47,023 bases of DNA from a virus (taxonomy: Duplodnaviria > Caudoviricetes). Below are positions 17,104-25,064 of this stretch, piece after piece (position 1 is the first letter of the stretch; every line of letters starts with the position of its first letter). The stretch lies in IMG/VR virus record IMGVR_UViG_3300024232_000020, positions 1 to 47,023 of that record; one strand, given 5' to 3'. Position numbers and translations under genes: made by a program. The notes beneath the pieces are model-generated. The model was not told the DNA's origin and searched no databases. It was given only the letters and a program-made list of their open reading frames with translations.

Positions 17104-17978
17104 ATCTAGTGGGAACAATGCCAGTACGCGGCGACGATTGGGTGCTCGGCCTATCCGTGCGCGTAGCGTTGATGTGGTGCGATACGTTGGTCGTTCGTCT
17201 TCACGGCGAGCCCGGCAACGCGGGACGCATCCTTGGGGAGATTCACGCCACAGATTCGCGGCTCAGTTGGGTTTATCGTGCTGACGAAAAGTGGGACGAA
17301 ATGAATCACCGGCAGGAATTGCTTTCGCTGGCTCGCGTCCACGGCGCCACGCATATCGCCATGATAGATTGCGATGAAATTCTATCGGCTAACTTGCTGC
17401 CAACGATTCGCAGTTCCATTGAACAATTGCCGCGCCACGCGATGCTTTCCTTACCTGGATACAATCTGCGCAGCGGGCTGACGAAGTACCACTCAAACGG
17501 CATCTGGGGGAATCGCTGGTTCTCGACGGCGTTCAAGGACGATCCGCGGGCCGGCTGGCATGGCGATAAATTTCACCACAGAGAACCGGAGGGCGTTAGC
17601 TGGACACCGCGGAGAACTGTTAATCACGGCGCTGGCGGGATATTGCATCTGTGGGGCGCGAACGAGCGGCGACTGAAGGCCAAGCATGCCCTATACAAAC
17701 TGACCGAGCGGCTGCGGTTCCCCGGCAAGGACGTGGCGAAGATTGATCAGGAGTTCTCGTGGGCGATCCACGGCGAGCCAGGACACCGCATGTACGGCAC
17801 TCCTAAGACGTGGACCTACGCCGATGTTCCGGCTTCGTGGTGGGCGCCGTACGCGGGTCTGATCACGGAACATCTGCACTTGGACGATGAGCCTTGGCAG
17901 GAATCGCAGTGCCGTAAGTTGCTGGGCGAGCACGGACGCGAGAAGTTCGTGGGGCTGGATTTGTTTGGAGTCATATGA
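17100..17978 (+). CDS. GT2-like glycosyltransferase
   Basis: GATHIAMIDCDE (DxD), ILHL, K...Y. Confidence 0.8.
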   Translation: MNLVGTMPVRGDDWVLGLSVRVALMWCDTLVVRLHGEPGNAGRILGEIHATDSRLSWVYRADEKWDEMNHRQELLSLARVHGATHIAMIDCDEILSANLLPTIRSSIEQLPRHAMLSLPGYNLRSGLTKYHSNGIWGNRWFSTAFKDDPRAGWHGDKFHHREPEGVSWTPRRTVNHGAGGILHLWGANERRLKAKHALYKLTERLRFPGKDVAKIDQEFSWAIHGEPGHRMYGTPKTWTYADVPASWWAPYAGLITEHLHLDDEPWQESQCRKLLGEHGREKFVGLDLFGVI

Positions 17979-18349
17979 AAAAAACCGCAGAGGAAAAGAA
18001 AAAAGCCCAAGTTGAGCGAATGGAGGAGCGTAGGCGGTTGAACGATAAATTCCCGCGATGCTTGGTATCCAGCCAAAACACTAAGGGTGAATGTATCCAG
18101 CTGGTATATAGGCCCGGAGAAGAACGGTTAGTTGTAAGAACAAATGCCCCAACTACCATTTTCTATGCGAGAGATGTGGGGGGTGATGTTTGGAAGGAAT
18201 GCACCGTGTGGATGTCGCTGGAGCAATTGTCCGAGTTCGCAGTTGCGGTCACGGCGCGACTCAAGGCTGAGATCGAAGAACTGAATGGACAAATTGCCAA
18301 AGTCAATTCAATAACGGCCACGGCAGTTAAAGACAGGCAACTTCCGTAG
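17975..18349 (+). CDS. hypothetical protein
   Basis: GGAG RBS, ATGA coupling. Confidence 0.6.
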   Translation: MKKTAEEKKKAQVERMEERRRLNDKFPRCLVSSQNTKGECIQLVYRPGEERLVVRTNAPTTIFYARDVGGDVWKECTVWMSLEQLSEFAVAVTARLKAEIEELNGQIAKVNSITATAVKDRQLP

Positions 18350-18363
18350 TATACTATTGCGTC

Positions 18364-18435
18364 ATGAATCCCCTGCGCGAAGATCCCTGGGAAGAAGAAG
18401 ACGACGAAGACGAGAACGACGAGGAGTTGCTTTGA
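18364..18435 (+). CDS. acidic micropeptide (23 aa)
   Basis: MNPLREDPWEEEDDEDENDEELL, behind TATACT (18350-18355). Confidence 0.4.
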   Translation: MNPLREDPWEEEDDEDENDEELL

Positions 18436-18518
18436 TCCACAGAACACGTGCGCATAAGATCGCTTTACTGATTCTCGCGGCCCTCATGGGGTGGTTTGCC
18501 GGGGACGGTCGCCTGTGA
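18432..18518 (+). CDS. single-TM micropeptide (28 aa)
   Basis: GAGGAG RBS, TTG start, overlaps both neighbours by 4 nt. Confidence 0.45.
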   Translation: MIHRTRAHKIALLILAALMGWFAGDGRL

Positions 18519-18802
18519 CATTTCCCCCATCGTTCGCAAAGAGTTGGAAGACCACCACGGTTTCGCTCGTTTCCGGCTTGCTGGTTATCATTCAGGGATT
18601 CAAGACTCCCGATCTGGCGGTTTTGATTCACGATCCAGCGTTTCAAATGAAGGTATTAGTGCTGGTGCTCGGGCTTGTATCGAAGGATGCCAATGTTACT
18701 GGAGGAACCAGCGGGCAGCCGTCGACCGAAAAGGCGCTCATTGAGGCAAACGTTGCGCCTTCTGAAGTTTTACCGCCGAAACCTGTAGACTCAAAACCAT
18801 GA
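18515..18802 (+). CDS. holin-like two-TM protein
   Basis: KSWKTT..., two hydrophobic helices, KDANVTG. Confidence 0.55.
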   Translation: MTFPPSFAKSWKTTTVSLVSGLLVIIQGFKTPDLAVLIHDPAFQMKVLVLVLGLVSKDANVTGGTSGQPSTEKALIEANVAPSEVLPPKPVDSKP

Positions 18803-20739
18803 AGCTATGGCTCCGCGGTATCCTGATTTCGCTGCTTCGAAAGATTACCCCGCCTCCGCGCGATTTGCGGCAGGAAAACAAGTTCCTCCGCGATACGCTG
18901 AACGAGCTCGTAACGACGCAGTTCGAACAAATGCAGCGGGCACAGGATTCCGAACGGCTCGCGGAACTGGTGGAAGCGCGCGCGATGGCCGGCTCGGGGC
19001 CGTGGCAAGTCAGTGCACAGGCACTGCAAGCCACCGATTCACTGATTGACGAATCCGTTAAGGCGCTGAAAAGCGGCACGCGACTCAGAGAAACAAGCCC
19101 GCTTGCGTCAGCCGGGGCGTCGGGTGATATCGAGTTCGCCCTTCAGAACGTCGAGTGGCGGCGCGAAATCAATCTGTCGTGGCTGGAGTTCTCACGCTGG
19201 GGCATTCAGCAGTTAATCCTCATCTCGCGGTTGCACTACGTTAAAAATCCGTGGATTCAGCGAGCGATCAACGTTTCGGCGCAGTACGTGTTTGGTCGCG
19301 GTGTCGAAGTGATGAGCGAAGACCCAAAGGCGCACGAAGTTCTAAGCGAGTTCTTCGAACGAAACAAGCGCGTCGTTGGGCAGGCGGCATTATCCGATCT
19401 TCAGAAGCGTCTCGGGTATGACGGGCAAATATTCTTTGTTTTCTTCGCGGACAAGGTAGATAAGGGGAAAACTACCGTACGCACGATCGACGCAACGGAA
19501 ATCTTCGAAATCGTCACAGACCAGGACGATACTGACACACCGTGGCTCTATAACCGCAAGTGGACCGCAAAAACGTTCGATCAGCAAACAGGTGCGATTC
19601 GAGCGAACGCGGGCGACGAAGCATGGTATCCGGCAATCAATTACGACCCCGACGTCAAGCCTGAACTGATTAACGGCAAGCGCGTCATGTGGGAGCAGCC
19701 TGTTCTGCACTTCAAGGGCGGAACGGGTGTCGCTAAGTGGCATTTCGACTGTCCAAAGGCGTATGCGGCTCTGGATTGGGCGAAAGCCGGCCGCAGATGG
19801 CTGGAGTCATGCGCTACCGTCCGCGCAGCCCTCGCGCAGATTGCCTTGGTGCTGACGACCAAGGGCGGCCAGCAAGCGCTGGAAGGGGCCAAGCAGCAGC
19901 TTCAGACGACCATCGGGCCTACGAGTAACCTGTGGGACTCAAACCCGCCAGCAATCGCAGGGTCGACGTTTGCGAGCGGTCCAGGGACTACCCTAGCGGC
20001 GTTCAACACGAAGGGCGCGGGCGGCGATCCGTCCGATGTCCGCGAATATCGCTCGATGGTAGCCTGCGTCTTCGAGATTCCGCCTACGTTCCTCGGTGAT
20101 TTGGAAACAGCTAACTTGGCGACGGCTACCACGTTGGATCGTCCGACCGAGCTCGCGATGCTAGAGAAGCAGGAACGCTGGCGAGAAGTCTTGACCACGA
20201 TGGCAGTATTTGTGCTGAACGTCGACAAAGGCGCGCCTTCGGGGCGTCTGAGCGAATCTAAGGACCTGCGCGTGGTGGAATGCGCTCGGCGTACGTTACC
20301 GAACGGGCGACGTGTCTACGAGGCCAGCAAGCCCAATCCTAAGCAGATCGAAATTAAAGTGAACTTCCCAGCGATCCGCGAAGGCGATTTGCCGGCGAAC
20401 GTGAAGGCGATCACCGAGGCCATGACGCTTGATAATAAGGGCGGCCAGGTGGTCGGGATTGATGAAAAGGTGGGCGTCGGGCTTCTGTACGAGCAATTCG
20501 GCGTAGAGAATTACGGCGATATCCTGGACAAGCAGTATCCAGATGGGGAATACGATCCTGATCGAACCATCGAGCCGTTACCGGCGCCGATCGGCAAAGC
20601 GGAACCGGACCCCGGAGGTCTACCGCAAGCACCAGGCGGGAAAGATCCCAAGCCCCAGGATAAGAAAGTTGCAGCGGCCGAGTCTGCGGTAATGCGATTC
20701 CTCGAAGCGCTGAAGAACCTCGGCAAAAAAGCGGCCTAA
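18799..20739 (+). CDS. portal protein
   Basis: 646 aa between terminase and protease; LHY.KNP.I.RAIN....YVFG.G, G.SD-like region, P.TFLGD...ANLATA..L..P. Confidence 0.85.
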   Translation: MKLWLRGILISLLRKITPPPRDLRQENKFLRDTLNELVTTQFEQMQRAQDSERLAELVEARAMAGSGPWQVSAQALQATDSLIDESVKALKSGTRLRETSPLASAGASGDIEFALQNVEWRREINLSWLEFSRWGIQQLILISRLHYVKNPWIQRAINVSAQYVFGRGVEVMSEDPKAHEVLSEFFERNKRVVGQAALSDLQKRLGYDGQIFFVFFADKVDKGKTTVRTIDATEIFEIVTDQDDTDTPWLYNRKWTAKTFDQQTGAIRANAGDEAWYPAINYDPDVKPELINGKRVMWEQPVLHFKGGTGVAKWHFDCPKAYAALDWAKAGRRWLESCATVRAALAQIALVLTTKGGQQALEGAKQQLQTTIGPTSNLWDSNPPAIAGSTFASGPGTTLAAFNTKGAGGDPSDVREYRSMVACVFEIPPTFLGDLETANLATATTLDRPTELAMLEKQERWREVLTTMAVFVLNVDKGAPSGRLSESKDLRVVECARRTLPNGRRVYEASKPNPKQIEIKVNFPAIREGDLPANVKAITEAMTLDNKGGQVVGIDEKVGVGLLYEQFGVENYGDILDKQYPDGEYDPDRTIEPLPAPIGKAEPDPGGLPQAPGGKDPKPQDKKVAAAESAVMRFLEALKNLGKKAA

Positions 20740-20775
20740 GGCGTTTTCCCTATTTGAAATGAACCTTTAGTACCA

Positions 20776-20804
20776 TTGAAGGCCCGTACGGATGGGCGCA
20801 TTAT
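20776..20804 (+). promoter_or_regulatory. promoter TTGAAG-17-CATTAT (leaderless)
   Basis: ATG 20811 is 6 nt after the -10 box. Confidence 0.55.
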
Positions 20805-20810
20805 CGACTC

Positions 20811-20984
20811 ATGGAACACCTCACATCGCTGAATCTTCTGGTTGTCGGGCTTGGCTGCGGTTTTGTTGCGCTGGTGGCTTACTGGCGCGAACGGCGCGAA
20901 GATGCTGCAAGCTGGCACACCACGCCGGAGCAACGGCGGCGCGTGATCCGCGACGAGCACGGTAATCCTCTGATGTACCTGTGA
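20811..20984 (+). CDS. small membrane protein (57 aa, not in ORF track)
   Basis: MEHLTSLNLLVVGLGCGFVALVAYWRERRE...; GTGA coupling to the next ORF. Confidence 0.6.
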   Translation: MEHLTSLNLLVVGLGCGFVALVAYWRERREDAASWHTTPEQRRRVIRDEHGNPLMYL

Positions 20985-21166
20985 GCGAACAACTTCAAAC
21001 CGTCGAGCCCGATCCGTGCTGCAATAAGCCTCTGTGGAAGAAAATGAAGGACCCGGCATTTACGGCTGATTCGTGGGAGTGCCCAAAGTGCGGGTGTACG
21101 TGGCAGGCTAAGATGGTCGGCCCAGTGAAGCACTGGAGCCCGGTTTGCGATATTCAAATCTTCTAG
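20981..21166 (+). CDS. small Cys-rich protein
   Basis: PCC...WECPKCG. Confidence 0.6.
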   Translation: MSEQLQTVEPDPCCNKPLWKKMKDPAFTADSWECPKCGCTWQAKMVGPVKHWSPVCDIQIF

Positions 21167-21224
21167 CCCAACTCTTCGCAGCCGCCAGTGGCGGGAAACC
21201 GTTCGCCTGGGTAATGAAGCCAGG

Positions 21225-21452
21225 CTAGGCGGCTGCGGAAAGATGGGCCAGAAGTGCGACCGTTAGAACCTTTGCAGCATGGTCGGGAACTGGCTGGCCA
21301 ACTTGGAAGGCCACAGTGCGCCACTGTTCGTCATTCATCCGCGCAGCCAGCAGCGGAAGATTAGCGAGCGGCGTATCAGAGGCGCAGGCGGCCAGCATGA
21401 ACGTCGCGGCCATCGCACGCGCCTTGCGTCTTTGATATTGATTGGCTTCCAT
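21225..21452 (-). CDS. hypothetical protein (independently transcribed, antisense to head genes)
   Basis: Preceded by TTGACC-17-CACAAT-6-ATG. Confidence 0.65.
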   Translation of the reverse strand: MEANQYQRRKARAMAATFMLAACASDTPLANLPLLAARMNDEQWRTVAFQVGQPVPDHAAKVLTVALLAHLSAAA

Positions 21453-21458
21453 GAACCA

Positions 21459-21487
21459 ATTGTGCGGCGTGGATTTGAACGGGTCAA
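21459..21487 (-). promoter_or_regulatory. promoter TTGACC-17-CACAAT (leaderless)
   Basis: Exact 17-nt spacer; ATG 6 nt downstream. Confidence 0.65.
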
Positions 21488-21516
21488 TGGGAAGATGTAC
21501 GTAGTACTATTTACCT

Positions 21517-22053
21517 ATGAATCTCTATGTGGCCCGTCACTCTCGCCCGGTAAACGGACACCCGCTTGACGCCTCGCGCTCGCTGACTGCGGAGGGCAAG
21601 AAAGAAGCGGCATCGGTCGCGGGCTGGCTCACAAAGCTTATCGGTCGCGTGGATATCGTCATCTGCTCGCCGTTCGAACGGACGATGCAGACGGCTGAAG
21701 TAATGGGCGATGCGCTCGGAGCGCACGTCGCGAGCTCGGTCATGCTTCAGCCCGATAAAGATCCAATCGCGGCATGGAAAGAAATCGAACGGCTCGCGCA
21801 GCAATCGAAAGACGTGCTTGTCGTGGGCCACGATCCCAACCTAAACAAGCTGATCCTCTGGCTGATGGGCTTGACAGGAGGCCCGGAAGAGTTGCGAATG
21901 GACTGGGGTGCGGTGGCTTACCTGAAGGTCACAACGGGCGACGGAGACCCGGAGGGTGTGCTTCAATGGCTGGTGACGCCACAGCTTGTTCAGCGCGATC
22001 CTTCCGAGGAAGAAGTCTTAGAGGCTGTACGCGGCTTGCAGGGCGTGATATAG
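21517..22053 (+). CDS. sixA: SixA-like phosphohistidine phosphatase (histidine phosphatase superfamily)
   Basis: LYVARHS, D..RSLT.EG, ICSPFERTMQTA, VLVVGHDP; catalytic R/H/R/H set present. Confidence 0.85.
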   Translation: MNLYVARHSRPVNGHPLDASRSLTAEGKKEAASVAGWLTKLIGRVDIVICSPFERTMQTAEVMGDALGAHVASSVMLQPDKDPIAAWKEIERLAQQSKDVLVVGHDPNLNKLILWLMGLTGGPEELRMDWGAVAYLKVTTGDGDPEGVLQWLVTPQLVQRDPSEEEVLEAVRGLQGVI

Positions 22054-22062
22054 TTTTCCCTT

Positions 22063-22344
22063 ATGACGGTCCACACAATTGCAGACATAGCGGGTTCTGG
22101 CGCCGCGGTTCGGCTCGTAGCGACACCAGGGCTTCGCGCACGCTGGATTCTGTTTTGCTCCGAAACGGGTATTTCTAACGTGGGCGATGCAAACGTCGCG
22201 GCGGCCCGCGGCGTGGACTGTCCCGCAGCTGTGCCGGTTCTCTTTCCTCAGAACGGCGCAGATCAGACGGACGCTTACGATCTTTACAACACGTGGGCAT
22301 GGGTGCCGAATGGCTCGACGCTCACGATAACCTACGGCGTCTAG
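22063..22344 (+). CDS. small beta-rich protein, possibly virion-associated
   Basis: Extended -10 TGaTATAGT upstream; beta-strand-rich sequence. Confidence 0.6.
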   Translation: MTVHTIADIAGSGAAVRLVATPGLRARWILFCSETGISNVGDANVAAARGVDCPAAVPVLFPQNGADQTDAYDLYNTWAWVPNGSTLTITYGV

Positions 22345-22346
22345 CC

Positions 22347-22556
22347 GTGGCGATCACGTCTGAACTGGTTACGCAGGACTTCATCACAGCAATGATTCGC
22401 CTGATCCGACCAGCGCTGATAGGTCTTGAAACGCTTTCCGACGCGCAGGCAGCAAACTACCTCAACACAAATCATGGAGCCGTGCAGCGCTGTCCTTGGA
22501 TGCCGGCGACATTCACCGCAGCGATGATCCACGAAGCGCGAACGGCTAAGATTTAG
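22347..22556 (+). CDS. hypothetical protein
   Basis: ORF directly follows the previous gene. Confidence 0.45.
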   Translation: MAITSELVTQDFITAMIRLIRPALIGLETLSDAQAANYLNTNHGAVQRCPWMPATFTAAMIHEARTAKI

Positions 22557-22840
22557 GCTTCGAACTTCGGGCCGGGCGCGCGCTGTATCAGATCCGCCAC
22601 GTCATACCCGGTGAACTGCCCAATCCCGAGCCGCGCAAACTCAGCAGCAAAGCAAGCCTTGGTCGCGGCCACTCCTCGCGCGAAAGCCTGCTCCGCGGTT
22701 TGCTTTTTGATCTTCGAGGAATAATCGCGCTGATACTCTGCGCGGCATTCCAGACACCACGGATTCGTTCCGTTATTGTCGGCACGCGGGCGCTTCTCGC
22801 ACTTCGAGCACATCAAAGGTGATTCTGTGGCTGTGTCCAT
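22553..22840 (-). CDS. zinc-finger protein
   Basis: CSKC...WCLECRAEYQRDY; TATGAT and AGGTG upstream. Confidence 0.65.
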   Translation of the reverse strand: MDTATESPLMCSKCEKRPRADNNGTNPWCLECRAEYQRDYSSKIKKQTAEQAFARGVAATKACFAAEFARLGIGQFTGYDVADLIQRAPGPKFEA

Positions 22841-22877
22841 CGTGTCACCTATCATACTGAGATTTTTACCGCTTTTG

Positions 22878-22906
22878 TTGGAAGGGTAATAGAACTGTAG
22901 TACCGT
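22878..22906 (+). promoter_or_regulatory. promoter TTGGAA-17-TACCGT (leaderless, head operon)
   Basis: ATG 22914 is 7 nt after the -10 box; no RBS. Confidence 0.5.
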
Positions 22907-22913
22907 ACTTCCA

Positions 22914-24617
22914 ATGGCTGCCGTTGGACTCACACCAGGAATCCAGGTTTTAGCGTTCAAACTTCAGGAAGCAATGATGCAGGGCGACATCCGCGCCCGG
23001 CTTGCTGACGCTGTTCAGGACGCGCACCGGGGAACGGGAGCCTACGGCTACTACATCGACCACTCTGGCGACGATACGTCCGGTGATGTGGTGTATTGCT
23101 GCAATGGCGATGTGATGATGTGCCCGTACGAAATCGCCAACGTCGGCGGTAAGGTCGCAACCAATCTCGACATGGAGAACGCGCAGGACGTCGTTCCTGT
23201 GACGAGTTACATTCCCGAAGTCGACGAAGACGATCACTATACGGCGATGCAGGAGGCCAAACTTTACACCGAAGGTCCCTGCCCGCTCATCGAACGGTTC
23301 ATTTCGAAGGGTGAACGGGATAAGGCCGACGAAGGTTCCTTTGCCGGCAAGGGCAAATCTTTTCCGATTCTCAAGTCTTCGGACGTGAAAGCCGCAGTTC
23401 ATGCAATGGGGCGGGCTGGCTCCTCGAATTACGGCATGTCCAAGTTGAAAGCGAATATTATTCGGATTGCGAAGGCAAAGGGATGGACATCTGAGCTGCC
23501 GCAATCTTGGCGCGGCGACGGAGAGACTGCCTCCGAAGCTTTGCGTAGATCGTCTGGCACTCCCGGCAGCGGCTCCAACGGTGCTTCTGGCGGTTTGAAC
23601 ACCCAGGAAGCGGACCCCGCCAACGTGTCACGCGAAACATTACACAATTCTATCAAGCTATTCGAATCGGCTGCACCACTCGAAACCATCGTTATTCGAG
23701 AAGCGCGCGCCGACTACGAAATGAAGCTTATCGCGCCCGGAAAGGGTTCTTCGGCCATTTATCCCGCTGAGGTCCTAAAACGCGATGGGCCCAATGTTTT
23801 CAAAGCGGGAACGCATGTTTACCTGAATCACCCGACTGCCGCTGAGGAAGCTGCGCGGCCCGAGGGCGACATCCGCAATCTGGCCGGCGTGCTGACCACG
23901 GACGCGGTTTACCGCGAAACTCACGCCAAAGGGCCCGGGTTGTACGCGCGGATGAAAGTATTCGCGGATCACGGCCAAATGGTTGAAGAGAAAGCCGCTC
24001 ACGTTGGAATGTCCATTCGGGCGTCTGGCGTTGCCGAATCCGGCAAAAAGCAGGACGGCCTACCGATTTTGAAGGAATTGACCCACGCCGAATCGGTCGA
24101 CGTGGTGACTCGCGCAGGCGCGGGTGGAATGATTCTGACCGAGGCTGCAAGGCCAAACTCACAGGAGGGGGAAATGACCCTAGAAGAAGCTCAACGACTT
24201 ATCGATGAGGGCATCGCGAAAGCGACTACTCCATTGATCGAACGGGGTTTGCGCCTCGATGCCAGAGAGGAAGCGACCCGCATTCTCGAAGGCGTCACGC
24301 TACCCTCACAGGCCAAAGTACGAATTACCGAGCGGGCCGTTGCCGCGATGCCGCGTAAAGACGGTGCGCTCGACGTCGACAAGTTCCGCGAAATCGTGGT
24401 GAACGAAGCGAAAGCCGAAGGCGAATATCTGGCGTCCATCATGGGTTCTGGGCAGGTTCGCGGGCTGGGTGCTTCCTTTGCCGCGCCCGTCGACCCCGAG
24501 AAGCTCCGCGAGGCCAAGAAACGCGAGCAGGAAGCGATTCAGGAACTCGAGTTGGCTGAGGCGGTTGTGTTCAGTGGGCTTACGGGTCTGAATCTCGTGA
24601 AAGGACGGGCCGCCTAA
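22914..24617 (+). CDS. capsid maturation protease/scaffold fusion with extra N-terminal domains
   Basis: I.PG.GSS..YP..VL, VYLNHP, GMSI, SVD.VT.AGAGG; helical scaffold-like C-terminus. Confidence 0.85.
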   Translation: MAAVGLTPGIQVLAFKLQEAMMQGDIRARLADAVQDAHRGTGAYGYYIDHSGDDTSGDVVYCCNGDVMMCPYEIANVGGKVATNLDMENAQDVVPVTSYIPEVDEDDHYTAMQEAKLYTEGPCPLIERFISKGERDKADEGSFAGKGKSFPILKSSDVKAAVHAMGRAGSSNYGMSKLKANIIRIAKAKGWTSELPQSWRGDGETASEALRRSSGTPGSGSNGASGGLNTQEADPANVSRETLHNSIKLFESAAPLETIVIREARADYEMKLIAPGKGSSAIYPAEVLKRDGPNVFKAGTHVYLNHPTAAEEAARPEGDIRNLAGVLTTDAVYRETHAKGPGLYARMKVFADHGQMVEEKAAHVGMSIRASGVAESGKKQDGLPILKELTHAESVDVVTRAGAGGMILTEAARPNSQEGEMTLEEAQRLIDEGIAKATTPLIERGLRLDAREEATRILEGVTLPSQAKVRITERAVAAMPRKDGALDVDKFREIVVNEAKAEGEYLASIMGSGQVRGLGASFAAPVDPEKLREAKKREQEAIQELELAEAVVFSGLTGLNLVKGRAA

Positions 24618-25039
24618 TGTCGATCAATCAGGTAAAAATTGGCGTACCGCAGAATAACCGATGGTTCCCCTGCCCTTCGGCAGTCACCAGCGGCATGCCC
24701 TGCCTAATCGGTGGGCTGGCTGTGGTCGCAATGGACGCTTACGACTCGACCACTGGCGGGACCACCTTCCATCTGGACGGTTCATTCTCACTCACGGTCA
24801 TCGGTCAATCGACCAAGAGCCCGGTATCGGGCTTGCAGATCAACCCCGGCGATGAGATTTTCGCGACCGGCACTTTGGACACGGCGACGAACGTTACTTA
24901 CAACCTGACGCTCGACGTCACCCGCGGCAACATTCCGTTCGGCAACCTCGATCAGAATGCGGCCATTGCTTCTGGTGTTACGAACACTGGCGCGGTAGTC
25001 AGACTCAAGGTGGGCGGCTCTACCGCTTACGCAGCCTAA
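24617..25039 (+). CDS. head decoration / capsid cement protein (DUF2190-like)
   Basis: AVTSG.P.LIG.L..VA...G.F.L.V; sits between protease and capsid. Confidence 0.75.
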   Translation: MSINQVKIGVPQNNRWFPCPSAVTSGMPCLIGGLAVVAMDAYDSTTGGTTFHLDGSFSLTVIGQSTKSPVSGLQINPGDEIFATGTLDTATNVTYNLTLDVTRGNIPFGNLDQNAAIASGVTNTGAVVRLKVGGSTAYAA

Positions 25040-25064
25040 GAAAGGGCAAAAGGAGACATATATC

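Noticed and set aside
11190-17978. Gtr-type O-antigen conversion or TET/JBP-dependent DNA hypermodification cluster
   Set aside because: No GtrA/GtrB or membrane GT, and no 2OG-Fe dioxygenase, hydroxymethylase or DNA polymerase recognised; a DNA target is not excluded but is less supported
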